A stretch of 64,000 nucleotides of DNA from Felis catus (Eukaryota), in the NCBI RefSeq assembly GCF_018350175.1, contig NC_058369.1:21268001-21332000 (forward strand), written 5' to 3'. This document shows, one piece after another, positions 13,001 to 26,720 of this stretch (position 1 is its first letter; each line of letters opens with the position of its first letter). Position numbers and translations under genes: made by a program. The notes beneath the pieces are model-generated. The model worked only from the letters and a program-made list of their open reading frames with translations, ran no database searches and was not told where the DNA came from.

Positions 13001-16000
13001 TTAGCGAGTAACAACAAAGGACCACGTAGGCTTAAGATCGATGTCATCAGTGGCATCAAGGGACTTTCCTAGGGTGAGCGTTAGGGCTTTGTTAACCTGA
13101 CGTTCACAATGGCTCTCTCCACCTGGACCTGACGGGCCACAGTCCACTGCTCCTTGCTGAGGCTGGACCTCAGCAGCCTTTCAGGCTTGGGAGATTATCT
13201 GTAGACAACTGAGCACCCAATGAGTACATGTGCCTAGAAAGAACACTCTCTCCCAGAAGCTCTGTGAGAGGGCTCCTCACAAACATTTTCAGACTTACCA
13301 GACAAAACAGAAATCAGGATCCCCAGATTTCACTCTATGTGATAAGGTTAAAACAAGGTCCTCATCTTTTGAAAACGAAATAGTTCTACTAATTTTTCCC
13401 GCTTAAATCAACATACTGAAAAGAATAAAATAATAAAAATTGTCCCTATTCATCTAGAGGTAAAAGCACAATCAGTATTCTTTCAGACTTCCAGGCACAC
13501 ACATACACAAACAGCACTGTGCAATACATACATGTTCTTGCATAGCAGCTTTTCTCTTTCAACAATAGGCGAGGGCACCCTGCTATGATATGGCAGCAGA
13601 ACAGTCAAACCATAAGTGACATTTTTAACCAGAAAAGTGAAAAATACCAGGCTTGACAGGCGGAGCCTACTGGCTATCCCCAAATTCATCTTCCCTTATC
13701 CTCAGGATGGCAGCACTCTGAGCTGCTGTGTAGGTACTAAAGAGCATATTCCCCAGCCTTACTGCACCCAAGTTCTGACCAATACAAGAGCCAAGGTGTA
13801 CGATACCCTTAACAGACTTTCTTTTTCCTATGGGCTGAAAGACAGCTGTGCTGGTGAGCCATCTCAGGCTATACAGCTAAGAGCGATACCCCAACGACAG
13901 CAAAAGAAAGACGGTTCCTAGACCCTGAGAACTTTACAGAACAGAACTTTTATATGAGAAAAAGCAGTTTTTCTTGTTTCGTCCATTGTTATTTGGGTAT
14001 CTTAGCACAAGTAGCTTAATATACTAATCAAAACAAAGTCTCAAAAAGAGATTCACAATTGTGTAGCTCTGAGCATTACTGCTCCCCACAAACTCTTAAG
14101 AAAACATACCCATTCCAAAGAAGGTAGAGCTGTCCTCTGGTACAGCACTGGGGGAAGGCAATCAGTGCTCACAGGGTGCCACATCTTGGGAAGCTAGAAG
14201 ACAGTGCTCTAGCACCTAAAGTCTGTATCCTCCACCCCTCAGGACTCACTAACCTGCTGGGGGTGGAAGGCAGCAGATGGGCAGTCCTTTTCAATGAGGG
14301 GCTTGTGTGCTCCAGTACGATGCTGTTCCTCTATACAACATACTGGTTAAGAGCACTGGCTCTAGAATCAGAAAGACTGGAGTCTGTACCCTGGTTATCT
14401 TTTAGTAGTTCTGAGAACTCGTCAAGTTCTCACCTATAAACCATGATAATAATATTTTACAAGTTTGAACAATATGAAAAAAGTACTTGGCAATATATCT
14501 AATATATAGTACGAAATAAATATGGGCTTTTATTATATGCTAACTAAGTAACTTTTAAAAGATGACTATGATAAACCAAATGAAATCTGGAGAGTTACCT
14601 CATTTTAAAAAGAACCCTTCTTTTTTAGCCATGACTAATTTACATTCTTTAATTCAGGATGTTGTGCTGTGTTCTTAATGGCTCTGCTCTCTGAGGTGAA
14701 AAGTTTGCCTTCAACTTCAGCTTGCTGGTTACCCACTTTGGCATTAACAACCACGAATGAACCTAAATCTTTAGTTAACTCAATGTACTAGTTTCCTAGA
14801 GCTGCTGTAAAAAGCTACTACAAACTTAATGGCTTAAAACAACACAAATTTATTATTTTACAGAAGTCCAAAAAGGGTCTTGCAGGGCTAAAAATCAAGA
14901 TGTTGGTGTTTCTCCTGGAGGTTCTAGGGAAGAATCCATTTCCTCACCTTTTCTAGCTTCTAGAGGCTGCCTGAATTCATTGGCTTGTAGCCCTCTTCCT
15001 CCATCTTCAAAAGTCAGGAGTGTAGCATCTTCAAATCTCTCTCTGACTCTGACTCTTCTGTCTCCCTCCTCTCTGTTTAAGGACTCTTGTGATTACACTG
15101 AACCCATCTAGATAATCCAGGATAATCTCTCCAAGTCAGAGTCAGTTGGTTAACAATTTAATTTCTTTCTAGCATGTAATCTAACATATTTATAGGTTCT
15201 AGGGATTGAAACATGGACATATCTGGGGACCATCATTCTGTCTACCACACTGCTGTATGTTTTCAGAACAAATAACTTCAACTTCCTGAGTTAGAAGGGA
15301 ATAGTGATGTTATCTTGACAGCAAGAGAAGAAGGAAGTTCTAGTCAGGGAGAACATAGCTTCTAAAGGGAGGTGTGTGCAATGTGCATACTAGGCCAGCA
15401 ATTTTTTTTTTGTTTCACTGGACTACAGAAGTCAAGCCCAAGAGTATGGGGACAAAGCAAAAAAGCAAGATGAAAACAATGACTGTGCGCTCTCTGTATA
15501 CTTTGAAAAATTTACTTCTTTTAATGATAACAGCTATAACTTTAATGTTGCCTTAAATGCTATAAATAAATTTTAAAAATATGCTTCACTCTCAAGAACT
15601 AGAGAAAGAACATAAGCCCCAAACCAGCAGGAGGAAGGAAATGATATCTAGAGATAAAAGAAAACAAAAAATAGAAAACATAAAAATCAATTAAAGCTAA
15701 GAGTCAGTTTTTTGAAAGGATCAATATAATGGACAAACCCTTATCCAGATGAACTAAGAAAAAGAGAAGACTTAAAAAAAATCAGAAATGCCATTAAAAC
15801 CAATGCCACAGAAATAAAAAGGATTATAAAAGAATACTATGCCAATAAAATGGATAACTTAGAAGAAAGGGATAAATTCCTAGGAACATAAAACCTACCA
15901 AGACTGGATATGAAGAAACAGAAAACCTGAATAGACCTGTAACTATTATGAAAATTGAACCAGTAGCCAAAAATCTTCCCGCAAAACCACTGGGTATTTA

Positions 16001-19000
16001 CCCAAAAAATACAAAAACGGTAATTCAATGGGATACGTACACTTCTACGTTTACTGCAGCATTATTTTATAATAGCCACATATGGAAGTAACCCAAGTGT
16101 CCACTGATAGATGAATGGATAAAGAAGACATGGTATATATGTACAATGGAATATTATTCAGCCATAAGAAAGAAATCTTGCCTGTTGTAACAACGCGGAT
16201 AGAGCAGGAGACTATAATGCTAAGTGAAATTAAGTTAGAGAAAGACAAATACCATATGATTTCATTCATATGTGGAATTCAAGAGGTAAAACAAGCAAAG
16301 GAAAAAAAAGAGGCAAACCAAGAAAGAGACTCTTAACAAACTGAAGAACTGAAGGTTACCAGAATGGAGGTGTGTGGCTGGGGGTGGGAATACTAGGTGA
16401 TGGGGATTAAAGAGTACACTTATCGTGATGAACACTGAGTAATGTACAGAACTGTTTAACCACTATATTGCACACCTGCAACTAATATTACACTGTATGC
16501 TAACTATACTGGAATTTAAAATTTTAATTAAAAAAAAAACCAAAAAACTCCCAGAAAAGTCCTGGACCTAATGGCTTTATTGGTGAATTCTACCAAACAT
16601 TTAAAGAACATTAATCCTTCTCAAACTTTTCCCAAAAAATTGGAGGAAAAATTTACTTATTTTGTGAAGCCAGCAATACCCTCATACCAAAGCCAGCGGA
16701 CACTATAAGGAAAGTATAGACCAATGTCCCTTATGAACACTGATAAAAATTCCTCAACAAAATACTAGCAAAATGAAGTCAGCAGCATATTAAAAGGATA
16801 ATACACTATAAACAAGTGGGATTTATTCCTGGAATTCAAGGATGATTCAACCCATGAAAATTGATAAAAGTAACTCATCACAGTAACAAATGAAGGAAAA
16901 TAACCTCATGATCATCTCAACTGATGAAAAAAAAGAATCTGACAAAATTCATGATAAAAACTCTCAACAAATTAGATATAGATGGAAAGTACCTCAACAT
17001 AATTAAGGCCATATATGAAAAGCACACAACTGCCATCATACTCAAAATCATGAAAGACTGAAAGCTTTTCCTCTAAGTTGAGGAAAAAAAACAAGGATGT
17101 TTGCTCTCACCACTTCTTTTCAGCACATTACTGGAAGTCCTAACCAAAACAATTAGGCAACAAAAAGAAAAGCCCTCCTAATTGAAGAGGAAGAAGTAAA
17201 ATTATCTCTGTTCATAGGTAACATGATCTCACATGCAAAAAACTTAAAGATTAAAAAAAAAAAAAGAATAAGTGAATTTGCAGTTTCATTATACAAAATT
17301 ACCACGTGCAAAAATCCACTGCATTTCTATACACTAAGACTGAACAATCCAAAAAAGGAAATTAGGAAAACAATTCAACTTTAATACCATCAAAACAAAA
17401 AACAAAACAAAAAAACTTATGAATAAACCTAACCAACAAGTTGAAAAACTTGTACACTGAAAACTACACATTTCTGTAAGAAATTAAAGACATAAATAAA
17501 TGGAAAGATATCCCATGTTCATGGATTAGTAAACTTAAGTACTGTTAAAATACCAATACTACCTAAAGCTATCTACAAATTCAACGCAATGCCTATCAAA
17601 ATCCCCACAGCATTTTTTACAGAAACAGAAAAATCCATCCTGAAATTCACATGGTATCTCAAAGAGCCCCAAACAGCCAAAACTATCCTGAAAAGGAAGA
17701 ACAAAGTTGGAAGACTGTATTAGGGTTTTTCAGAGAAACAAAACCAACAGGAGATACACACACACACACACACACACACGTATGTTATAGGAATTGGCTC
17801 ATGAGATCATAGAGGCCAAGAAGCCCAGGATCTGCCATCTGCCAGTCAGAGAACCAGAAAAGTCAGTGGTATGTATAATTCAGTATGAGTCTGAAGGCCC
17901 AAGAACCAGGAGCTCTGAGATCTAAAAGCAGGAGGAGATGGATGTCTCAGCTCAGAGAGCACTAATTCATCCTTCCTTCCCCCTTTTGTTCTATTCAAGG
18001 CCTCAGGGCATTGGATGATACCCAACTGCGCAGGTTAAGGCCATCTTCTTTACTCAGTCTACCTATTCAGATGCTAACCTCTTCCAGAGACATCCCTATA
18101 GACGCACACAGAAATGCTTCCCCAGCTATGTGGCCATGCCTTAGCCCAGCCAAGCTGACACACAGAATTAACCATCACAATGACTCATACTTTTGATTTC
18201 AAAACTTACTACAAAACTACAAGTGTAGCAAGGATATGGAGAAATTGGAACCTGTACATCGTTAGTGGGAATGTAAAATGGTACAGTGATGTGGAAAACA
18301 GTATGGTAGTTGCTCAAAAAATTAAAAATAGAATTACTATAAGATCCAGAGATGCCACTTCTGGGTATATATCCAAAAGAACTGAAAGCAGCATCAGAGG
18401 TATTTACACACCCATGTTCACTGCAGCATTATTCACAATAGCCAAGAGGTGAAAGCAACCCAAGTGTTTATCAATGGATAAATGGACAAACAAAAGACAG
18501 TATATCCATACAATGGAGTATTATTCTGCCTTTAAAAAGAAGAAAGTCCTATCACATGCTACAACATGGATGACCATTAAAAACATTATACTAAGTTAAA
18601 GAAGCCAGTCACAAAAGACAAATATTGTATGATTCCACTTACATAAAATCCCTAACATAGTTAAATTTAGAAAAACAAAGTGTAATGGTGGCTGTCAGGG
18701 GCTGGGGGCAGGAGGAGAGGCATTGGGAGTTCTCTAATGGGTACAGAGTTTGAATTTTGCGTTATGAAAAAGTTTTGTAGATCTGTTGTACACCCATGTG
18801 AATAAAAAACACTCAATGAACTGCTGCTGTCCACTTAAAAATGTAAAATGCATAAATTTTACGTTGTGTATTTTACAATAAATTTCTTTTTAAATATGCT
18901 TCACTGCATCTTGACAACTAAAACTAAAATGGGGACTCCAGTTATCATTTAAGCCATTCCTTCTAAAAAAACTCAACTACCAAACACCATAAACATGGAC

Positions 19001-19700
19001 CCAGGACCAAATCCCTCCCATTCACCTTCCAACTCACCTTCGCTTTGGTGCCCTAATGAAGAGCTCACAGAGTAGCCTGCCCTGCTCATCCTTATAGTCT
19101 CGAATGGTGTTGTAGAGTTCATGGCACACAGCAATCTACACATATGAAAAGATGAAAAAAATCACCAGAAATGTGAAAACAGAGCCAGTGTAGGTATAAG
19201 GACTATCCTTAATAAAAAGAGACCCCTAAAAGGCAAGCAGAGAAAATGGACAGATCCCCAAGTTCCCACATAGGATCCCAGGTCTGAAATGTGCTGACAT
19301 GACAGTATCTCCTTATTTAAAATAATTTAACTTTGGCACCTGGGTGGTTCAGTCAGTTGAGCATCCAACTTCAGCTCAGGTCATGATCTTACAGTTCGTA
19401 AGTTCAAGCCCCACATCAGGCTCACTGCTATCATCCTAGAACCTGCTTCAGATCCTCTATCCCTGTCTCTCTGCCCTTCTCCCCCCTCTCAAAAATTAAA
19501 AAAAAACATTTAAAAATTTTTTAGTAATTTAACTTCATGGGGTGCCTGGGTGGCTCAGTCGGTTGAGCGTCCAACTCTTGATGTCGGCTCAGGTCATGAT
19601 CCCACAGTCGTGGGACTGAGCCCCGTATTGGGCTCCACACTGAGCATGGAACCTGCTTGGGATTCTCTCTCTCACTCTCTCTTTCTCTCTGCCTCTCCCC

Positions 19701-19742
<42 letters not shown>

Positions 19743-21466
19743 ATAAACATTTTTAAAAATAAAATAACTTATTAAACATTTTGGTATCTTTCATCAGATT
19801 TATGCTATTGGTGATTACTCTTTTAAGCTAAATCAGTTTATATCACTTTCTTGCTTAAAATCATCCAAAAGAGGGGCTTCTTACTAATCAGAGAATAAAA
19901 TCTAAATTCGTAATAATGACCACAGAGTAGGTAAGGTAACTACATACTGTGGCTGGGCAGACTCTGCCAGTCTCCTTCTCCCTCTTGACTATTGTTCTGT
20001 AATCACAACACAACAAATCCATTCTTGACCTAGTTCTTCTGCATTGGGTCCCTCCTCCCTGGAACACCCTTCCCCAGTATTCTGTGGGGCCAGTGCCTTC
20101 CAATCACAAAGAAATACCTCAAGGTTTGGACCCAAGAAGCCCAAATCAGCCAAACTCTTCTTCTTAACACTTAATATTAGTTGGGGGTACTTTATTATCT
20201 ATTTGTTCATCTGTTTACATTCTCCTTCTGCTGCACTAGAATCTAAGCTCCATGTGAAAACTGGCTTGTCCTACACATGGCTATATCCCAACCATCAGAA
20301 TAGTGAGTGCCTAGCACATGACAAGCACAAAGTTATTTGAATGAACGTATAATGCAAATACCAACATTTTAAAATTTTTTTGTCAAAAGGTACAAACTTC
20401 TTGTTATTATAAATAAGTACTAGGAATATAAAGTACAACACGGTAACTATAGTTAATATTCCTATACTGTATATTTTAAAGTTGCCACAAGAGTAGATCC
20501 TAAGAGTTCTCATCACAAGGAAAAAAACCATTTTTTTGGTCATCTATATGATACGATAGACGTTAAACTAACTGTGGCAATCATTTCACAAAATATATGT
20601 CAAATCATTATACTGTACACCCTGAACGTACATGGTGCTGTCTGTCAATTACATCTCAATAAAATTACAAAACAAATTTGTACATATTTCTATTTCATTG
20701 TCTGCCATTCTCTGGCCTGTTGAATTGCTAACCCATTTGGTTACTTTTAATTAGAATTAAGGTAAGTGCTTCAGCAGATTACACTCTTAGAAAAACATGT
20801 TTTCATCAAAACAGGAATCACTTTATGCAAATTTCCCATTCTAAATGTATTCAGAGAAATTACTTTTCTTGAGAGCTCCTGAATACTAATTTTTTAAGTG
20901 CATTATTGAATTATACCTGACATACAATATCATATGTACAACAATGATTCAATAAACCTACACATTATTCACTGCTCATTACAGTAAGTGTAGTTACTAT
21001 CTGTCACCACATAATGTTATTACGACACTGCTGACTGTATTCTCTGTGCTGTGCTTTTCATCTCTGTGACTTTTTTTATTCTGTAACTGGAAGTTTATAC
21101 CTCTTAATCCCCTTAAATAGGATAACCTATTTTACCCACCCACACCCACCCACCATTATTTCTTAACACTGAATTACACTATTACTGTTAAGATTGTTAG
21201 CTACATTAGGAAAGAGATTAGGAATATCTAGCCAGAGGAGAAAGAAGTGGTGAGGCCTGGATCTTAACTGCTTATCCTTAAAGGAAGAGCAGGAAAAGCA
21301 GGCAGAAGCTGTGGTGCCAGTTACTCACAGGATCTACAGTCGGAAGATTGGAAAGTCTCCTCCTTTTCCTGCTTGGGCCTGGTGTGGATACAGAATGGTG
21401 CCCGTCATCAAAGTCCCCGCTGACACTACTAGAAGGGGAGGTAGCTCGTCTTCTCTTGGAACCCAT
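2053..21466 (-). CDS. PBRM1: Polybromo-1 (BAF180), first four canonical coding exons; gene continues beyond the left edge
   Basis: GT-AG exons with consistent phases: 21466-21329 ([22 protein letters not shown]...TVDP), 19135-19038 ([32 protein letters not shown]), 9755-9608 ([49 protein letters not shown], bromodomain 1), 2196-2053 ([48 protein letters not shown]). Matches the recalled PBRM1 N-terminus. Confidence 0.97.
4004..4245 (+). mobile_element. Young feline SINEC
   Basis: Near-consensus with CpGs intact, long A-tail, TSD AAAGAACCAAGGGGG. Confidence 0.93.
6755..7450 (+). mobile_element. 5'-truncated carnivore L1 (ORF2 tail and 3'UTR)
   Basis: ORF 6770-7213 [23 protein letters not shown]..., A-rich tail. 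Shares diagnostic sequence with 62970-63545. Confidence 0.92.
8078..8295 (+). mobile_element. Feline SINEC
   Basis: GGGGCGCCTGGGTGGCTCAGTCGGTTAAG head; TSD AAAAGGGGCTGAGAA. Confidence 0.92.
10804..11030 (+). mobile_element. Young SINEC nested in an older minus-strand SINE (~10620-11070)
   Basis: TSD AAGAGTCAGATGCTT at 10789-10803 and 11030-11044. Confidence 0.93.
14784..15249 (-). mobile_element. MLT1-type MaLR solo LTR
   Basis: TGTACTAGTTTCCTAGAGCTGCTGTAA..GGCTTAAAACAACACAAATTTATT...CCATCATTCTGTCTACCACA, the hallmark MLT1 text. Confidence 0.8.
15590..18890 (+). mobile_element. Old L1 ORF2/3' end with nested younger L1 3' fragment (~15990-16530) and MLT2 LTR
   Basis: Degraded ORF2 motifs (GAATTCTACCAAACATTTAAAGAA, TGGAAAGATATCCCATGTTCATGGATT) and L1M 3'UTR. 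Confidence 0.85.
17716..18179 (-). mobile_element. MLT2-type ERVL solo LTR inserted in L1
   Basis: TGTATTAGGGTTTTTCAGAGAAACA...(CA)n..GGAATTGGCTCA...AATTAACCATCACA; imperfect 5-bp TSD AAGAC/ATGAC. Confidence 0.8.
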
Positions 21467-23131
21467 GGAATCCAACTTCTTCTATAAGAAATAATCAGCC
21501 ATGTTCTTATACTTAAATTTAGACACTGCCACCAAGCCCTCAGCTAGCCACCTGCTACCAAGATTCAGGTTCACTTAGGAGGATATTTTAACTCTTGTAA
21601 AGAAACTTAACTGTCAAGTTTTTTCAGGGGAAATTCTGGACCTTGTTGGCTTTAGCCCCTTCACTTACCAGAATGCTACACTTTCAATTCAGATAGGACA
21701 AATTCAACAAAAGTAGATCCATTTATGCATCACCAATTTTGAATGACCCAATCACGTCTGGCTCCAAATTTACTCATCACTGGATTTTAAAAACCTGCAT
21801 GTAGTGCAGTGCGGAGGTACTGATCCCTCAAGCCCCTGAGGCAGCCAGGCATGTCATGGGGACAGAAACCCCAAGGCAATCACCTCTGGAGTCAGCAGCT
21901 TCATCTGTTTTCCCCAGTGTGTCTTACAATTATGATCATTTTCCAGGTGGGCCATGATATGGAAAAAATAGAAATCAGTGCTTGAGGAAAATGAGCAGTG
22001 GCAGTGTAGAGGGAAGAAGACAATGAATTTTCTAGCATTTTAGATGAACTCTAAGAATAATGCACTGAAAATGAATTTTCTCCACTCATTAAAGAAGGCC
22101 ACAACACATATTCCTGGAAAACACTTAATGTGACTTACCACACCTATGTCAAAGTAAAACTGCTTTGAAACTTTTCTGTCAATCAGACTGATCTCCTTTT
22201 CAGTCAGTCATATGAGGTATCCTATGCTCATGAATCTTGAAATCATAGCTTTAAGTTTCAACAGATAATTTGCAACAGTACCTCAGAAGTGAACTTTTAG
22301 GTCCTACTTGGCCTTTCAGAAGCACATAAATATTTGCTCTTGGGTTTAGGTAGGCAGTCTAGTAACTAATATTAACACGACTTTACTAATGTACACATTT
22401 GATGGTAACACAAAAAATGCAACCGTTAAAATGATCTGCTACAGCTACAGGGAAAAGGTATATGCCTGAGAAGGTTCTATAATGCTTGTACAATTTAACA
22501 ATAGTATGAGATAGTATACTATGATTTCAAGGATCTTTCTCTAAAGCTAAAAGAAAAACCTGATCCCAGTTTCACTCATCAACATTCAACTTCAGTAAAC
22601 TAAGACACAATCAGCTCAAAGAATGGGTTGCCAGTAGGTATGGAGAAAAAATTGGGCATCTTCAGGGAACAGAAAGGAGGGGCAAAACCAACCAAAAAAA
22701 AAAAAAAATTCTGATTACCAACTAAGAAGCAAGAGGAGTCCCCTACGTCTTCCTCTGAAATACAGTCCACATGGTATTTAAAAACAGCCTACCATGACAT
22801 ATTCCCTCCTCTAGGCTTTGGTTTATTACGAGGTATATTAGTTTGCAATTGGCTACAAGTGGCTAAAAGGTTCAACGGGCTTATGCCAAGGACAGCCAAG
22901 TTTTGTTGATTTTCTTTTATTTATAATAGGCTGATCAACTGGCCTCAATTCATTAAGATGAAGAAACTAAGGACCAAACCTAATTAAACAAGCTATGACA
23001 AGGACACAAGTGAATTTGATGAAAACAAGGAGGGACTCTTTATGGAAAGGATAACAAAATTCAAGAAAAGTGGAAGGCAAAAGGCAGGGAAGGACAGAAA
23101 AGAGAAAAGGTGTAGATGATCAGTAATTTAC

Positions 23132-23179
23132 CAGCTTTACCAGAGCACAACCAGCGCCTCGAAAAGCCAGTCTCCTCAT
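23132..23179 (-). CDS. PBRM1: PBRM1 alternative upstream coding exon (N-terminal extension)
   Basis: ATG AGG AGA CTG...AAG CTG|gtaaat encodes MRRLAFRGAGCALVKL and joins in frame to the acceptor at 21481 ([11 protein letters not shown]). Candidate upstream acceptors at 23257 (long pyrimidine tract) or 23184. Confidence 0.8.
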
Positions 23180-25659
23180 TATGTCTGAAGGCCAAGTGAA
23201 GCCAGTGGGAGAAGGCAGGGCTTTAGAAGTGCTGATTCAGTGTTAATATATTCAAAACTGAAAGAGAAGAACAAAGCAGAGAAAGGGGAAATAAAAAAAA
23301 AAAAAAGGTCAGAAGGAATAAAAATGAGTACGAATAGATAGAAAACATTCAAGTAGAACTGCTAAAGAAAGATAAGAGAACTGGAAAACATAGGCATATC
23401 AGTTCTCTTGAGCCAAACTGCTGCAAAGGCTCAGGCACTAACAGTACCTGACATTTCTTTCCATTTTAAAACCAAATGCTTTTCATATACTTAAAGAAGG
23501 CTCACTGAGATTCCACTTTACTCACATGGAATGACTGTCAATTCCAGGAATGAAGCATGCCTGCCCAAATGCCCCCTAGTCAATAAGAGCAGAGTTCAAT
23601 CACAGAGCTGGAATGGAGAGTGAACACATGTGGAAGGCTCACATGTGACCCCAAGTGTTGGCAAGCTGGAACAAACCAAGAATGGCCCATGTGAGCAGAG
23701 TCTGGAAAACTCCTCCCCCCCTAAAAAAAAAAAAAAATTCAGAGAAAGACATTTCTTTCCAAAAGTCCTATCAGCATTGGAAAGACACCACACACAAGTT
23801 TAGAAAGATTAAAAACAAAACCTTCAATCATTTTGGCAGGTCAAAATTATCTTCATAAATAATCCAGTGAAAGGCAAATGACCAAAAAAAAGTAAATCAT
23901 TGGTGTGTATACCAGTTTAGACCACACAATATCCAAAACTCCTTAAACCATTCACTTTTTCTGGTAAAACAAGAAAAAGATGCAACTTAAGGGTAATTTT
24001 CAATTATTTTCTTATTCAACGGACACATTTTTAAATGTAGTTTGGAAGTTGGCAAGAGAGGCAATGTGACTTGGCAGGTGGGAGAGGTAACAGGACTTGA
24101 ACTCAGAAGACTACAATGTGAGCTTCAAGTCCACCACCTTAAATTATCTGTTTGATGTTGCTTGAGTCACAACCTCTCAGATCTGGTTCTTCACTTCTAA
24201 AAATGAGAGCAGTCAGGTACATGTCTCCTTTAGATTATTGGGACTGTGAAACGTACATGAAATCACTTTGAAACTTCAAAGCACAACAAAGAAGTTTCAA
24301 CTGTAGGATTACATGCTCCCTGGGAACAGGAAGAACATTTTATTCATCTTTGTAGCACTGGCTTATAAAATAGTATTTGGCATAGCGTGAAAGATCAATT
24401 CATCTTTTTAATAAATGTGTTAAAAGTATACATAAGTGGGACATTTAGAAAAGTTTGTGCAATTTAAAAAGATTGTGAGCATCCCTTCAGCAATTCTTTT
24501 CCCATAAAGAGGAAAGACATCATGAAGCTCGGCTAGAAATTTTAAAATGGCACTGATTACAGTCACATGTCCAAAAGTCTGACAACCAATAAATTACAGT
24601 GGACACTAAAGAATAACTTTATAATGTGCAACTGGGAAAATATTTACTCATTATAACCATATGGTGTATTCTGACAATTTATAAACTTTTAGTACTCTCC
24701 TTTATTTCTCATGATACTCAGTATCGTAATGCATGATTAAAATAAAAATCTTGGAAAACAGGATTCAAAGGGGGAAAAAAAAACCTTACAATCCTTTCTA
24801 GAAAAAACCATCCTTAACACTGGCATTCACAGTTTTCTGTATTTATTCTATGCTTTATTTACCTTTTTTAACAAAAGTGTTAAACCATATGTATTATTTT
24901 GCAACTTGTGTTTTAACTTGGGATTCTTCCGAGTCAACATTCTTCCACGTAATGTTTGATGGCTTGATAATAGCCTATCATATACACATATACCACAATT
25001 TACTAATCTTGGAGTTTGGGACAGAGTATTAATATTTGAGGTATTTTGTAGACCCCCAAATCAAACAATCAAGGCCCTTCCACTTATCCACACACATATT
25101 TGTTAGTTTTAATTGGAAGTATTTCTTCAAAAGATACTTTCTAATCTTCCTTTGAATCTTAAAATACTACAATACGTTAGCAAGTAATAAAGCAAAACCA
25201 TACTACTCTTAATGGGGAAAAAATCACCTCAAAATCATTTTTGAGGAGTCCTAGTTCTTTGGAAAATAAGTTAAGAATGTTTTATTCCAACATGTTTCTC
25301 TAACTATAGCAATAATTTCTGTATCTGTTTATAATACCATGTATTTGTCATTTTTCAGTATTTCTTCTACATTTTGCCAATCTTTCTTCATTAAATCACC
25401 AAACCTCCCCTATCACAACAAAACTACGCTTCTCTTACAGTAAAATATTTTAAGAGGTGGACAATTAAAAACCAGGAAACGTTCACAGTTTTAAAAGCTT
25501 GATTTTTTGTGGTGTTGCATATAAATAAGGTACTTAAATATCTAGCCTTTACTATAAATACAAGTCCCATTGATAGAACATTCAGTCTTAACACAGTCAT
25601 CTGTAAAACGAAAAAAAAAAAAAATCACTAGTTGAGTTTGCGTCCGAACCGACAAGAAA

Positions 25660-26720
25660 CAACAAAAAAAGGAGGCCCTGACCTGCGGAAGAAATGAAAG
25701 ACTTTCCGGACCTGTCACTGGTACGGGGACTAAGGGAAACGTTGACAGCTTTGAAGCTGCCCGCGACGAGCGCTCGGCCAGCGGCTGGGGCGGGAAAGAA
25801 GCGGAGTTTCCGGGCCGCGGCGCGCCTTTGTCCCGGCCGGCAGGTGCGGCAAGGCGGCCGGGCCGTCCCGACGCCCGCCGCCGAGCCCCGCCCCGCGCGC
25901 CTGGCCCGACCGGCGCGTCCCCACGGCTGGGGCGGGGCCTCCGCTGCTGCTCCCGCCCGCCGGGGCCCACACAAAGGCCCGGCAGCCGGCCGAGTGGGAG
26001 CGGCCCCACCCGCCCCGGGCCCGGCCTTACCCAGCCGCTTCGCCGTCTGCAGCCCCGGCCGCGGTCGCCGACCGCCACGCCCCGCCCCGTGGCCGCCACG
26101 GCTGCTGCTATTGCTCCTCCGGCTGCGGCCGCTGCCGTCGCTCCAGCACCCGCCGCCCTCACCACCCTCACCCCTCCCGGTGCCGCCGCAAAACCAGTCC
26201 CGCGGCCGCCAAGCGAACCCGGCTCCGCACGACACTGCGTGCGCGCGCACGCGGGCGGACGGCGGCGCTGTTTACGGCGGTAGCGTCAGTGCGTGTTGCT
26301 CGCGCTTGTCCGCAGTTCACACGTGGCTGTGTCGGAGGCGCGTTGTAGCTTCTGCCGCTGCTGCCTTTCCCACTACCAGGATGAAGCGACCGAGTGAGTG
26401 GGGTCGGGAAGCGGGTATGGAGGGGCTTCTGTCTCTGTTGGCCGATGCACCACCAGGGCGCTCTTCTGCGGGAATGGGAGAGCCTGCGGGTAGGCCGTCG
26501 CGCTGGTCCCTGGTAGTAGAACCAAGAGTGGGAAGGCCCCACGTTAACCGTGGGCCTGTTCTGTTGTACGAAACGAAGACAAAAGTGGAGACTAGGCAAG
26601 GAAACTGAGTCTGAACCATGTTTCGGGCCCGGCGTTTTCCCTTCCATGACTACGTTCAGTCTGGCCCTGGTTGAGGTCCGAGAGCCGCCTCTGAAACCCA
26701 CTGTTTGCTCCTAACTTGTA
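25660..26720. promoter_or_regulatory. CpG island; bidirectional PBRM1/GNL3 promoter containing PBRM1 non-coding first exon(s)
   Basis: Very GC/CpG-rich. Minus-strand donors CTGG|gtaagg (exon ends 26031) and GCAG|gtcagg (ends 25683). NRF1-like TGCGTGCGCGCGCA ~26236-26249, E-box CACGTG 26320-26325, several GC boxes. GNL3 ATG at 26381. Confidence 0.9.

Noticed and set aside
25542..26701. Long overlapping ORFs (304, 217, 209, 177 aa) on both strands
   Set aside because: Low-complexity Arg/Pro/Ala/Gly frames expected from stop-codon depletion in a CpG island. Only 26381-26393 (GNL3 exon 1) is supported as coding.
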